A stretch of DNA of 64,000 nt from a virus: the IMG/VR virus record IMGVR_UViG_3300025872_000001; one strand, written 5' to 3'. The position numbers were made by a program, and so were the translations under genes. Below the pieces are notes generated by a model that did not search any database, had not been told where the DNA came from, and was given only the letters and a program-made list of their open reading frames with translations. This document shows positions 13,729 through 23,931 of the stretch, one piece after another; the stretch's first letter is position 1, and each line of letters begins with the position of its first letter.

Positions 13729-14499
13729 ATGGCAAAAAAGCCCAAGAAAACAAAATCGGCATCTACGGAAGTAATTATTCCGCAGATGAAAACAGAAATA
13801 AAATTCAAAGAACGCAAATTCAAATTCACTGAGAAACAACAACAACTATTAAAAATACTTTTAGGAGACGAGACCAAAATAGTCTTTATCGCTGGACCAG
13901 CGGGGACTTCAAAGACTTTTATGGCAGTCTATGCAGCCCTTAACCTTATCAACCACAATGAAAAAGATATTATCTATATTAGAACCATCGCTGAAAGCGG
14001 TGAAAAATCTCTTGGTTCGCTGCCAGGAACAGTTGGCGAAAAGTTTCAGCCATATCTGCTCCCTCTTGAAGACAAAATTCAAGAAATAATCGAACCAACT
14101 GATGTACATCGTTTAAAAGATGACGGAAGAATTTCTGCAACTCCCATTAACTTCTTAAGGGGCAGCACTTTAACAGATAAAATCGTAATCGCAGATGAAG
14201 TGCAAAATTTTACCTTCAAAGAAATCACAACCCTACTTACTAGAGTCGGGGATGGGAGTAAAATTTTCTTATGCGGAGACTTTATGCAGTCAGACATCAA
14301 AGGTAAAAATGGATTTATCGACTTTTACGATCTATTTTCAGACGAGGATTCCGCGCAACATGGCATCTTCTCGTTTGAGTTTACAGAAGAAGATATAAAA
14401 AGAAGCGAAATTCTAAAATTCATTGTAAAGAAGATTAGAAATATTAATAATCATGAAGAGACAAGAAGAAAAGCTGTCCCTTTTGAGCAGTTGGGCTAA
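13729..14499 (+). CDS. phoH: PhoH-family ATPase
   Basis: GPAGTSKT, LGSLPG, FLRGST, IADEVQN, LTRVG, GDFMQSD. Confidence 0.92.
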   Translation: MAKKPKKTKSASTEVIIPQMKTEIKFKERKFKFTEKQQQLLKILLGDETKIVFIAGPAGTSKTFMAVYAALNLINHNEKDIIYIRTIAESGEKSLGSLPGTVGEKFQPYLLPLEDKIQEIIEPTDVHRLKDDGRISATPINFLRGSTLTDKIVIADEVQNFTFKEITTLLTRVGDGSKIFLCGDFMQSDIKGKNGFIDFYDLFSDEDSAQHGIFSFEFTEEDIKRSEILKFIVKKIRNINNHEETRRKAVPFEQLG

Positions 14500-14797
14500 T
14501 TTAATTAAAATTATGGGCGGCATGGCTATTGCCGCCCTTTTATTTTATTTGAACGCGACCTATGTAAAAAGAGACGATTTCTTACCAGTAGCTAAAGAGA
14601 TTACTATTCAAGCAGAGCAGCTTTCTTATGTCAATGCAGAGGTTAAGAGCATATCGCGTCGCTTGTCAAAGATTGTAGATGACGAGGGCAAGCCAGTAAA
14701 TACTGATAAGATGGTTGAAATTCAAAGAGATATAGCTACAATATTGGTAAAGCTAGAAAATCTCAGCGATAAACTTAACAAATTAGAAAAAGAGTAA
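14453..14797 (+). CDS. membrane-anchored coiled-coil protein (possibly lysis-related)
   Basis: N-terminal TM then heptad pattern. Confidence 0.5.
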   Translation: MKRQEEKLSLLSSWANLIKIMGGMAIAALLFYLNATYVKRDDFLPVAKEITIQAEQLSYVNAEVKSISRRLSKIVDDEGKPVNTDKMVEIQRDIATILVKLENLSDKLNKLEKE

Positions 14798-14800
14798 TAT

Positions 14801-15172
14801 ATGGCAAGCGTTTTCTGTACAAATTGTGGAGGCAAGCATGAATATGTTGGATTTGCCCCAAACTTTTGTTCAAAATGTGGAAGTCCCATGAACGGGAAGG
14901 TTTCGACTCAATTACAGAAAAAGCCAGTTAGAACTGCAAGTTCTGAAGATATAGAGGATGAATCAGAAGACAACACAAGTGTCGACGAACTTCCCGATAT
15001 CGATAAGCTTGATGTAGAAATCGAAATGGAAGGGGGCTTTAGGGCTTTTAATTTAGAAGATTTATCGCGTAACCCTCAAGCTGGAGCAAGGAAATTCGCT
15101 CCAAAAAGAGTTGGTGGGATAGACAGCTTGTCCCCCACCAAATATGGAAGCACAAAGGCGCGAGAAGATTAA
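14801..15172 (+). CDS. zinc-ribbon protein
   Basis: FCTNCG...NFCSKCG. Confidence 0.7.
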   Translation: MASVFCTNCGGKHEYVGFAPNFCSKCGSPMNGKVSTQLQKKPVRTASSEDIEDESEDNTSVDELPDIDKLDVEIEMEGGFRAFNLEDLSRNPQAGARKFAPKRVGGIDSLSPTKYGSTKARED

Positions 15173-15854
15173 ATACGAAGACAAGCAAGAAGTTATCGAT
15201 AGGATTATAGAAAAGCACAGATATATCTGGCAGCTTAAAGCTATTGCTTGGATGGATTATGAGGATGTTGCTCAAATCATTCGTTTTCACATTTCAAAAA
15301 AATGGAAAATGTGGAAGCAAGATCGCCCACTTGAACCTTGGATTGCGCGTATTACCGTAAACCAGATCAAGAATCTTCTGCGCAATAATTACTCTAATTA
15401 TGTTCGCCCTTGTTTATCTTGTAAGTTCAGCATGGGCAACGAACCTCCAGCTTGTTCAATAACTCCAAGCGGAAAACAATGTGGCGAATGCCCCTTGTAT
15501 AGAAAATGGGAAAAGACAAAAAAGTGTGCATATGATGTGAAGCTTTCTGTCTCTATAGAAAATCATTCAGAGTCTGTACAGGGGATGAAAGATTTAAACT
15601 TTGATGTTTTATCAAGCGCACAGAGACTTCACGAAGAAATGAAACATCGTTTGGCGCCCAAACAATATAAAGTTTATTCAAGGCTTTATATCGATGGCGC
15701 AGATGAGGAAAAAGTTGCAATGGAAATGGGATACAAAACGAATGAAAAGGGTAAGAAAGCTGGCTATAAACAAATTAAAAATCTTAAAAAGTTATTTAAA
15801 CAGATAGCGACTAAAATCTTACAAGACGAGGATATTTTAGGTGGCCAACAATAA
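15144..15854 (+). CDS. RNA polymerase sigma-factor-like protein with Cys-rich insert
   Basis: Region-2-like YEDVAQ...LEPWIARITVNQIKNLLR; region-4-like LAPKQYKVY...EEKVAMEMG. Confidence 0.65.
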   Translation: MEAQRREKIKYEDKQEVIDRIIEKHRYIWQLKAIAWMDYEDVAQIIRFHISKKWKMWKQDRPLEPWIARITVNQIKNLLRNNYSNYVRPCLSCKFSMGNEPPACSITPSGKQCGECPLYRKWEKTKKCAYDVKLSVSIENHSESVQGMKDLNFDVLSSAQRLHEEMKHRLAPKQYKVYSRLYIDGADEEKVAMEMGYKTNEKGKKAGYKQIKNLKKLFKQIATKILQDEDILGGQQ

Positions 15855-16905
15855 AATAAGTTTCAGTGACGAAGACAAAAAGAGGATTATGGAAATCGCC
15901 AAGGAGTTTCCAGATCTAAATACTATTACGCGCAAATTTTTTAACGATGAAAATCTTGACGGCAGAACAAAGCAAGGAATTGCGATCAGATCTTTGCTTG
16001 CCTCTAATAAAATACAATACAAAACATCTAAGTACGAAAAAGTTGGCGAACTCCCTCTCACTCCAGAACAAGAACAGTTCATTGAGGATCAGGCTGCTAA
16101 CGGAATCTCGGCACTAAGAATTGCAGAGCTTCTTTATCCAGACCGCCCAATCTCTGCAATGGGATTGGAACACAGAACTGTTGCCGCTCATATCAGAAAT
16201 TCTGGTTGTGAAAATAATGCCGTATCTGATGATGCGATGTTTGTAAAATACCAAACACCCCGATCATTAGAGAGAGTAATTAATAGAATTAATGAAGCCA
16301 CGGGAGAGAAAATAGATAAAGATAGGCTCACCAGACACCATAAAGTATGCGCTGAGAAACTCGCCATCAATTTGTCTAACTCAAGATTTCAAAAAATTAT
16401 TAATTGTTATACATCACAAGATGATAGGAATATATTTGAGCAAGAATTTATCCGCATGACATGGGACAAGCCTGATTTGACCGCTGATGAGGTTAATTTG
16501 TACATGAACGTTTGCAAAGAAATCATTAATTTAGAAACCACTTCAAGGCATTTAGATAAGTTGAATAAAATGTTTGAGGAAACTCAAGAACAGAATGAAA
16601 TGAGCATTCGTTTGGCCGAAATCATCAAGGCTAAAAGCAGCGAGTATCACCAATGCGAAGGCAGAGTGGAAAGTTTAATTAAAAAATTGCAAGGCGATAG
16701 GCGCGAAAGAATTTCATCTAGGCAAAAAGAAAACGCCTCTATTCTTTCTATTGTCCAACTCTTTCAAGACGAAGAAGAGCGCGCTAATATGATTAAAATT
16801 GCAGAGATGCAAAAGTCACTTGTCACTGAAGAAGGTAAAAAAATGGAAACTATGGTGGAGTGGAAGGCTCGTATATTAGGAATATCATTAGAAGATGCAG
16901 TCTGA
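15841..16905 (+). CDS. hypothetical protein with HTH-like and coiled-coil segments (candidate packaging accessory/TerS)
   Basis: 354-aa ORF two genes upstream of TerL; function inferred from position only. Confidence 0.45.
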   Translation: MANNKISFSDEDKKRIMEIAKEFPDLNTITRKFFNDENLDGRTKQGIAIRSLLASNKIQYKTSKYEKVGELPLTPEQEQFIEDQAANGISALRIAELLYPDRPISAMGLEHRTVAAHIRNSGCENNAVSDDAMFVKYQTPRSLERVINRINEATGEKIDKDRLTRHHKVCAEKLAINLSNSRFQKIINCYTSQDDRNIFEQEFIRMTWDKPDLTADEVNLYMNVCKEIINLETTSRHLDKLNKMFEETQEQNEMSIRLAEIIKAKSSEYHQCEGRVESLIKKLQGDRRERISSRQKENASILSIVQLFQDEEERANMIKIAEMQKSLVTEEGKKMETMVEWKARILGISLEDAV

Positions 16906-17872
16906 CAATTCCAACTGTTGCAAAATATGCCACAGTTCCTTTCCTTCCGAAAGGAGCCTACATGCGCATTTAAAAAAGCACAAGATTGGTCTTGATGAGT
17001 ATTATCTTGCACATTATCCTAGAAAAAACCTGCTAACAGGCACTTATTTGCAATTTAAGGACAAGGAGTCTTATTTTGAAAAGGACTTTGAAAACAGAAA
17101 TCAGCTTTTGAGATGGTGTGAGATAGAATCGCCAGAAACTGTTAAAGCTCAAATTAAAAAAATGCTGGCTTATAGAATAAAAAGCAAAGATTTAAAATAT
17201 GCGCCATGTCATTTAGAGTTGGAAACTAGTGAAATGCCGACAGTTGATTTGTACAAGAAACATTTTGGGTCTTATTCTAATGTTTGTGCAGAAATAGGAA
17301 TTGAGCCTATGTTTAAAAAGAGTTTGCCCAAAAAGTTTTACGAAGATTATTCTAATATTAATATATTTGTTGATACCAGAGAACAGCAGCCTTTAAGCTT
17401 TAAAAGCGAAAAGAAAGTAAAGTTAGATTTTGGCGATTATACCGCTAGCGGTTCAAATTATACAAAAACATTCGTAGATAGAAAGTCAGAATCTGATTTT
17501 AAAGGTACATTAGTTGGTGAAAATCTGGATAGATTTAGGCGTGAACTGCAAAGATGCAAAGATATGGAATGTTATTTATTTATTGTGGTAGAATCTACTT
17601 TAGAACGTATAAGTAGTAACAACGACTTTACTCCTCATAAGGCGAATTTAAAATTTATATATCATAATATGAGATTATTGCAGCATGAGTTTGCAAAAAG
17701 CTGCCAATTTATATTTTCGGGTAACAGAACCAATAGTGAAATTATTATTCCAAAGCTAACTGCCATTGGTAGCGCACTTTGGGATGTAGACGTTCAATAT
17801 TTTATAGACAAGAACTCATCATGGCTTGGATCGAAGGAAACCAAAAAAGAAAAAGCTTATTCCGTAACGTAA
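16895..17872 (+). CDS. C2H2 zinc finger + ERCC4/XPF-type nuclease
   Basis: CKIC...LHAHLKKH; VDTREQ, GDY, VDRKSESD. Confidence 0.75.
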   Translation: MQSDNSNCCKICHSSFPSERSLHAHLKKHKIGLDEYYLAHYPRKNLLTGTYLQFKDKESYFEKDFENRNQLLRWCEIESPETVKAQIKKMLAYRIKSKDLKYAPCHLELETSEMPTVDLYKKHFGSYSNVCAEIGIEPMFKKSLPKKFYEDYSNINIFVDTREQQPLSFKSEKKVKLDFGDYTASGSNYTKTFVDRKSESDFKGTLVGENLDRFRRELQRCKDMECYLFIVVESTLERISSNNDFTPHKANLKFIYHNMRLLQHEFAKSCQFIFSGNRTNSEIIIPKLTAIGSALWDVDVQYFIDKNSSWLGSKETKKEKAYSVT

Positions 17873-19689
17873 ATCAAGAGATCCTTGAAAAGAAAGGATT
17901 CTTGGAAGAAAGAGAAGCTAAAATTCTTCTCTACAAATTCTTGCGTTCAAATATTTCATTTTCTTCGGAGATTATTTGTGGCGTTAAGTTGTTCCCATTT
18001 CAACATATGGCAATTAAAACCATGTTTGAAACGGATTATTCTATGATGGTGTGGAGTCGTGGACTCTCAAAGAGCTTTACCTGTGCAGTATTTGCGTCTC
18101 TCGACGCAATATTAAATCAGGGTGTGCATATCGGCATTGTTAGTAAAACATTCCGTCAGGCTAAAATGATTTTCCGTAAGATAGAAGAAATTGCAGAAAA
18201 GCCTAACGCTGTATTTTTGAAACAATGCATAACCAAAGTTTCCAAAAGCTCAGACGAATGGACAATGGAAATTGGGCGTAGTAAAATTACTTGTTTGCCA
18301 CTTGGAGACGGTGAAAAGCTGCGCGGTTTTCGTTTTCACCGCATGATGATCGATGAATTCTTGCTGATGCCTGATCGCATTTTTAATGAAGTTATTATTC
18401 CGTTCCTTTCCGTTGTGCAAAACCCAACCGAAAGAAAACAAGTTTACGATTTAGAGACTGAACTAATTAAGCGCGGAGAAATGAAAGAGGAAGATAGGTT
18501 TGCTTGGCCCAATAATAAGATTATTGTTCTATCCTCTGCATCTTATCAGTTTGAATACATGTATAAACTGTACAAACAGTACGAGGATTTGATTGTCACG
18601 CCAGAAAGAAACGCTAAAGGCGCAGCGACAAGAGCTATATTGCACTTTTCTTATGATATTGCGCCTCATGGCTTATATGATGAAAGTTTGTTGACGCAAG
18701 CTAAGGCAACGATGTCCGAATCACAATTTAAAAGAGAATTCGGCTCACAATTTGTTGACGACTCTTCTGGTTATTTCAAACTTAGTAAAATGCATGAATG
18801 TACAATTAAAGTTGGAGAGGGGCAGTCTATTGAATTGGCGGGAGAAAAGAATGCAGAATATATTTTAAGCTTTGACCCATCTTGGGCAGAAAACGAATCT
18901 TCTGACGATTTTGCAATGAACGTAATCAAACTGGATAAAACAACTCGTAAAGGAATTCTTGTACATAATTATGCGCTTTCTGGAACAAACTTAAAAAAGC
19001 ATATTGAGTATCTTCATTATTTGTTCACTCATTTTAATATTGTTGCAATGTGCGGTGACTATAACGGAGGCTTGCAGTTTATAAACGCTGCAAATGAAAG
19101 CGAACTTTTTAAAAACAATAAAATTGAAATTAAAATTTTTGAGGCAGACTTTGATACTCCAGAAACTTACCAAGATGAGTTAAGAAAAGCAAGAAATACA
19201 TATAATAAAAGCACTAATAAAATTTGCTACTTACGCATTCCAACTAGCGGTTGGATAAGATACGCTAATGAACTTCTTCAGTCTAACTTTGATCACAGAA
19301 AGATTCTTTTCGCAGCCGAAGCCGTAGATAATGATTTTACAACGCAAAAAAGCAAAAATATTCCAATTAAAGGACTTAAGTTTATCCGAGATCAAGAAGA
19401 TGGTCAAAGCGCTGAAGCAAAAATGGTTGATTTCGTTGATCATCAGGCCGATATGATTGAACTTGTTAAGGCAGAATGCTCTCTTATTATGCCCACAACA
19501 ACAGCTAATGGGCATCAAAGCTTTGATTTGCCGCCAGAATTAAGAAAACAGAGTGGAGCAGAAAAAACAAGAAAAGACTCCTATTCTTGTTTGGTCCTTG
19601 GTAATTGGATGACCAAGGTATATTTCGATATGATGGATGTAAAAGTTGAGAAAACAACTTCTACATTTGTGCCATTTTTCGCTAGGTAA
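17821..19689 (+). CDS. terL: terminase large subunit
   Basis: LFPFQ, SRGLSKS (Walker A), LRGFRFHRMMIDE (Walker B), SFDPSW...DDFA and RKDSYS nuclease motifs; start at MAWIEG. Confidence 0.9.
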   Translation: MAWIEGNQKRKSLFRNVNQEILEKKGFLEEREAKILLYKFLRSNISFSSEIICGVKLFPFQHMAIKTMFETDYSMMVWSRGLSKSFTCAVFASLDAILNQGVHIGIVSKTFRQAKMIFRKIEEIAEKPNAVFLKQCITKVSKSSDEWTMEIGRSKITCLPLGDGEKLRGFRFHRMMIDEFLLMPDRIFNEVIIPFLSVVQNPTERKQVYDLETELIKRGEMKEEDRFAWPNNKIIVLSSASYQFEYMYKLYKQYEDLIVTPERNAKGAATRAILHFSYDIAPHGLYDESLLTQAKATMSESQFKREFGSQFVDDSSGYFKLSKMHECTIKVGEGQSIELAGEKNAEYILSFDPSWAENESSDDFAMNVIKLDKTTRKGILVHNYALSGTNLKKHIEYLHYLFTHFNIVAMCGDYNGGLQFINAANESELFKNNKIEIKIFEADFDTPETYQDELRKARNTYNKSTNKICYLRIPTSGWIRYANELLQSNFDHRKILFAAEAVDNDFTTQKSKNIPIKGLKFIRDQEDGQSAEAKMVDFVDHQADMIELVKAECSLIMPTTTANGHQSFDLPPELRKQSGAEKTRKDSYSCLVLGNWMTKVYFDMMDVKVEKTTSTFVPFFAR

Positions 19690-19743
19690 AAGTTATTGAA
19701 AGTACTTTTGATACTTTTAGTGTAACTTTTAATATATAATAAA

Positions 19744-21666
19744 ATGGCACGCCAATATAATAAAAAGTCTGATTATTGGACCAGATTTAATAAAGTTCAA
19801 CCAGTTCAAGTTTCTCAGGCTTCCTATGAGCCAAAACTTCTTGGCGAACCGTTTTATAAAGAAGTTTCTCAAGCTTCTTATTCAAGATCAAAAGAAACTG
19901 GCGGTTCTACAAAAATAAAAATTCCAAGAAATGGAACTGACGTTAATGTAGGTAGATATTCTTTACTCAGCCAAGGGCTTCTACCTTATGAATATACAAA
20001 AGATGGCGTTGATGTACGCGATGCCATTATGCTTTGCCAAAAAGCTTATGCTAATGTAGCTATTGTTAGAAATACAATTGATATCGCCACAGAATTTGCA
20101 AATACAGATGTTTATCTTGAAGGCGGAACTGAGCGTAGTCGTGAGTTTTTTCAAAAATGGTTTGAAAAAATTAAACTTTGGAAACTTAAAGATCAATATT
20201 TCCGCGAATATTATCGCAGTGGTAATATTTTTCTTTATCGTATCGATGGGAAATTTAATGCAGAAGATTTTAAGCTTCTTTCTGGTTTAAGTGAGAATGG
20301 AATCAAAAATAATAAAGTTCCATTGCGTTATATTTTGATTAATCCCTATGAAATAGTGGCAAAAATTTCTAGTTCTTTTGCCGAAGCTGTTTATGAAAAA
20401 GTTCTTTCCGAATATGAGTTGGAGCGTTTGAAAAATCCAAAGGATGATGCCGACGTTGAACTTTTAAATGGTTTTGAGCCAGAAATCCAAAAGAAAATTA
20501 AAGATAAACAATATTTTAGAGACGGTTTGAACATGAAGCTTGATCCAAAATATTTGCTTTATTCTTTTTACAAAAAGCAAGATTACGAGCCATTCGCAGT
20601 TCCATTCGCCTATCCTGTTCTTGAAGACATTAATGCTAAAATTGAATTAAAACGCATTGATCAAGCTATTGCCCGTACTGTAGAGAATGTAATTCTTTTA
20701 ATTACAATGGGCGCAGAGCCAGATAAGGGTGGCATTAATCCTGCCAATATGGCTGCAATGCAAACTTTATTTTTAAATGAAAGTGTTGGTCGCGTATTAG
20801 TTTCTGATTATACTACAAAAGCTGATTTCGTTATTCCTGATTTAAAGAAAGTTGTTGGCAAGGAAAAATATGAAGTTTTGAATGAAGATATCAAAGAGGG
20901 TTTGATGAATGTTATGCTTGGAAATGAAAAGTATAATGGTCAAAGCGCTAAAATTAGTTTCTTTATGGAGCGCTTGAAAGAAGCTAGAAACGCATTCCTT
21001 AATGATGTTCTTCAGCCAGAAATTATTCGCATTTCAAAAGATTTAGGATTCCGCGCTTGGCCAACCGCCAAATTTACTGAGATTGATTTGAAAGATGAAA
21101 CTCAATATATGAGAACCATCAGCCGTTTGATGGAAATTGGAATTCTTACTCCAGAGCAAGGTATCGAATCTATTAATAATGGTAAATTACCTAATGTTGC
21201 TGATCTTTCTTCTGCGCAGGAGAAATTTGTTGCTGACCGAGAGAAAGGATATTATAATCCAATCGTTGGTGGTGTACCGATGGTGCAAGGAGCGACACCA
21301 ACTCCTACCGCAGCACCTAAACAATCTGGCGCTGGTAGACCTGTTGGCGCAACAGCATCAAGAAAAGATATTCAAACTACAATTTATGAAGTAGATGCTT
21401 TTATGAAAGCTGCTGAAGATTTTGCAGCAAAGAAATTTGCTGTAGCTTCTTTAAGCGATGAACAAAAATCAAATGTAGCGAATCTTTGCAAGAAAGTTAT
21501 TGCGTCAAGTTCAAGAGAAGATTGGGTCGCGAGTGTTCAGAAATGTATGGCTAATCTTGACGAAATCGAAAAGCTGCAACCAATGCAGTCTGTTCTTGAT
21601 ACAGCTGATGAATTTTTACTTGATGAATATTCTGCGGCCATTTTGCATCATTCTGCTGTAAAATAA
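19744..21666 (+). CDS. portal protein
   Basis: 640 aa directly after TerL; VRNTID...REYYRSGN pattern. Confidence 0.75.
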   Translation: MARQYNKKSDYWTRFNKVQPVQVSQASYEPKLLGEPFYKEVSQASYSRSKETGGSTKIKIPRNGTDVNVGRYSLLSQGLLPYEYTKDGVDVRDAIMLCQKAYANVAIVRNTIDIATEFANTDVYLEGGTERSREFFQKWFEKIKLWKLKDQYFREYYRSGNIFLYRIDGKFNAEDFKLLSGLSENGIKNNKVPLRYILINPYEIVAKISSSFAEAVYEKVLSEYELERLKNPKDDADVELLNGFEPEIQKKIKDKQYFRDGLNMKLDPKYLLYSFYKKQDYEPFAVPFAYPVLEDINAKIELKRIDQAIARTVENVILLITMGAEPDKGGINPANMAAMQTLFLNESVGRVLVSDYTTKADFVIPDLKKVVGKEKYEVLNEDIKEGLMNVMLGNEKYNGQSAKISFFMERLKEARNAFLNDVLQPEIIRISKDLGFRAWPTAKFTEIDLKDETQYMRTISRLMEIGILTPEQGIESINNGKLPNVADLSSAQEKFVADREKGYYNPIVGGVPMVQGATPTPTAAPKQSGAGRPVGATASRKDIQTTIYEVDAFMKAAEDFAAKKFAVASLSDEQKSNVANLCKKVIASSSREDWVASVQKCMANLDEIEKLQPMQSVLDTADEFLLDEYSAAILHHSAVK

Positions 21667-21669
21667 AAT

Positions 21670-23253
21670 ATGGCATTCAAGTATAGCACGATTTTGGACA
21701 ATGTTGCTGTCGCTTGTTATGGTATTTCGGATGAACGCTTCAAAGTATCCAAAGCCTCTTTGGACGAGCTTAAAAAGCTTTCTCCAAAAATAGATTTTGA
21801 AGATAATCCCGATCTTCTTGGAGTTTCTTTTAATCTTGCGGTTCCGAATATGATCAATAATAATGGAGACGGTATTTCTGGCGCTACCGCATCAAAAATT
21901 GCAAAGCGCTTTATGAATAAATATCTTAATATTGAGCACAACAAAGAACGTGTCGTTGGCCATATTACAAATTATTCTTTCAATAGAATTTCCGATAACA
22001 AATTTTTGACAGAAGAAGAAGTTGGTAAAAGTCTTGATCCTGTTTATTTATCAGTTGCTGGCGTTATTTACAAAACTGTTGATAAAAAATTTACATCGCT
22101 GATGTTGAGAAATTCTGACCCAAAAGATTCTTTTTATAATTCAATTTCTGCAAGCTGGGAAATTGGTTTCAGCAATTATTATTTAGCGGTTGGTAGTCAA
22201 TCTTTAAAAGAGGCTGATATTATTACTGATCCAAAGCAAATTGAAGAGTTTGCTCCATTTTTAAAAGCAAAAGGTGGCTCCGGTAAATTAAAAGATGGGA
22301 CTCCAGTTTATAGATTAATAGTTGGAGAAATTTATCCTTTAGGTGGTGGATTTACTACAAATCCAGCTGCGCAAGTCAATGGCGTTGTAGCATTTGAAGA
22401 TGCTCCGTCATTCTCATTACAAGAGGACGAAAACAAAAATGAAGAGGTGGAAGCGACTGAAAATTGCATCGAAGAAGTTCAAGCGTTTTTGTCGAATAAA
22501 AAATCAAATTCCATTTTAGAGAGAAAAAATGTAAAAACAATAAACCATATGGACTTAGAAAAACTTATCACAGAGTTAAAGTCTGCTCTTCTTGAGAAAA
22601 AGTTTGGTGAAGAGGCTGTCGCTTCAATGACCAGCCATTTCGCTGAAGCCATCAAACAAAAAGACGCAGAGTATCGCGACTCCATTGCAGCCGAGAAGGC
22701 CGCTAAGGACAAAGCCGAGAAGCTTTACAATGAGACAGTCGCTTCAGTAGAATCAATGAAGGCAGAACTTGCCAAAACACAAGAAGAGCTTAATAAGATT
22801 AAAGAAGCAAAAGCCCAAGAAGAGGCCGTTGCTCGTCTTAATGCTCGCGTTGGTGAACTTGATGCCGCTTATGATCTCAGCGACGAAGATCGCAAATTGA
22901 TCATTGGTGAGGTTCAAGCTCTTCAGACTACCGAAGAGGCATTTGCTTCTTATAAAGAGAAGTTCTCTGCCGTTTGGAAGCATAAGAACAAAGAGTTTAT
23001 CAAAGCTCAAGCCGCCGAGATTGAAAAGAAAATCTCCGAGCAGGTTGAAGCTCGTCTCAAAGAAGTCAGCAAAGCTTCTGCAACCCCCGAAGTAAAAGTC
23101 GAGGAACAGAAGGCTGACGTTGCTGCTGCGCTTGAAAACGCAACGGCTACCAACAAAGCTCCTGACAGCAAGGTTGCTGTTGAGCAGTCTTTCCGTGAGA
23201 AGTTCGCCAAAGCGTTCTCTCGCGAAAATATTAGCGTAAGCTATTCTAAATAA
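21670..23253 (+). CDS. prohead protease fused to coiled-coil scaffold
   Basis: NNNGD, NIEH, GHI, SASWE in the N-half; acidic coiled-coil C-half; lies between portal and capsid genes. Confidence 0.7.
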   Translation: MAFKYSTILDNVAVACYGISDERFKVSKASLDELKKLSPKIDFEDNPDLLGVSFNLAVPNMINNNGDGISGATASKIAKRFMNKYLNIEHNKERVVGHITNYSFNRISDNKFLTEEEVGKSLDPVYLSVAGVIYKTVDKKFTSLMLRNSDPKDSFYNSISASWEIGFSNYYLAVGSQSLKEADIITDPKQIEEFAPFLKAKGGSGKLKDGTPVYRLIVGEIYPLGGGFTTNPAAQVNGVVAFEDAPSFSLQEDENKNEEVEATENCIEEVQAFLSNKKSNSILERKNVKTINHMDLEKLITELKSALLEKKFGEEAVASMTSHFAEAIKQKDAEYRDSIAAEKAAKDKAEKLYNETVASVESMKAELAKTQEELNKIKEAKAQEEAVARLNARVGELDAAYDLSDEDRKLIIGEVQALQTTEEAFASYKEKFSAVWKHKNKEFIKAQAAEIEKKISEQVEARLKEVSKASATPEVKVEEQKADVAAALENATATNKAPDSKVAVEQSFREKFAKAFSRENISVSYSK

Positions 23254-23290
23254 TAATAATTAACTGTAAACAACTCAAAGGACAACTATT

Positions 23291-23911
23291 ATGGCTAATC
23301 GTCTCCTACCATTCCGTCAATATAACGAGAATGATGTGGTAAACATGTACGCTCTCGTTGACGAAGCTGTCAACGAAAACGTAACCGGCGTTGGAACTGG
23401 TGACGCAGGGGTATTTGTCAAAGTTTCCGCTGGCAACTTTGACCTTGACCCTGTTTCATACTCTTCCGACTCTTATCTCGGCAAGACCGACTTCCCCCAT
23501 GTCGGTGTTAACCAATATCCAAAGGTAAACCTCAAGATCACCCCTGCTGCCTCGGGTGACTTGACCAACTGCCTTGGTCTCACTCTCCGTCAGACTGCAA
23601 AGTACGACGAGAATGGTGAAAAACTTCTCTATTATCGCCAAAAAGCTGAAGAGCTGATGTGCGTACTGCCCGGCCAAGCCGTTCCAGTCGCTACTCGCGG
23701 CATCTTCACTCTTGGATCTGCGGCTATCGACGGTACTCTTACCGTTGGCTCAGGCTTCAAGCTTTCCGCCAATGGTGGTAAAGTTACCGGCTGCGCCCAC
23801 AGTGATGCTGGCAAACTCGGCATCGTTCTCGGCACAGGTTCACGCACCGCACTCACAAGCGTTTCTGACGCTTATGCGGGCAACTTCGCAGTAGTAGGTC
23901 TGCGCATGTAA
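23291..23911 (+). CDS. capsid decoration/cement protein
   Basis: Position before the MCP; GQAVPVATRG beta-tulip-like pattern. Confidence 0.6.
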   Translation: MANRLLPFRQYNENDVVNMYALVDEAVNENVTGVGTGDAGVFVKVSAGNFDLDPVSYSSDSYLGKTDFPHVGVNQYPKVNLKITPAASGDLTNCLGLTLRQTAKYDENGEKLLYYRQKAEELMCVLPGQAVPVATRGIFTLGSAAIDGTLTVGSGFKLSANGGKVTGCAHSDAGKLGIVLGTGSRTALTSVSDAYAGNFAVVGLRM

Positions 23912-23931
23912 TAAGAAAGGAAACAACTTAA

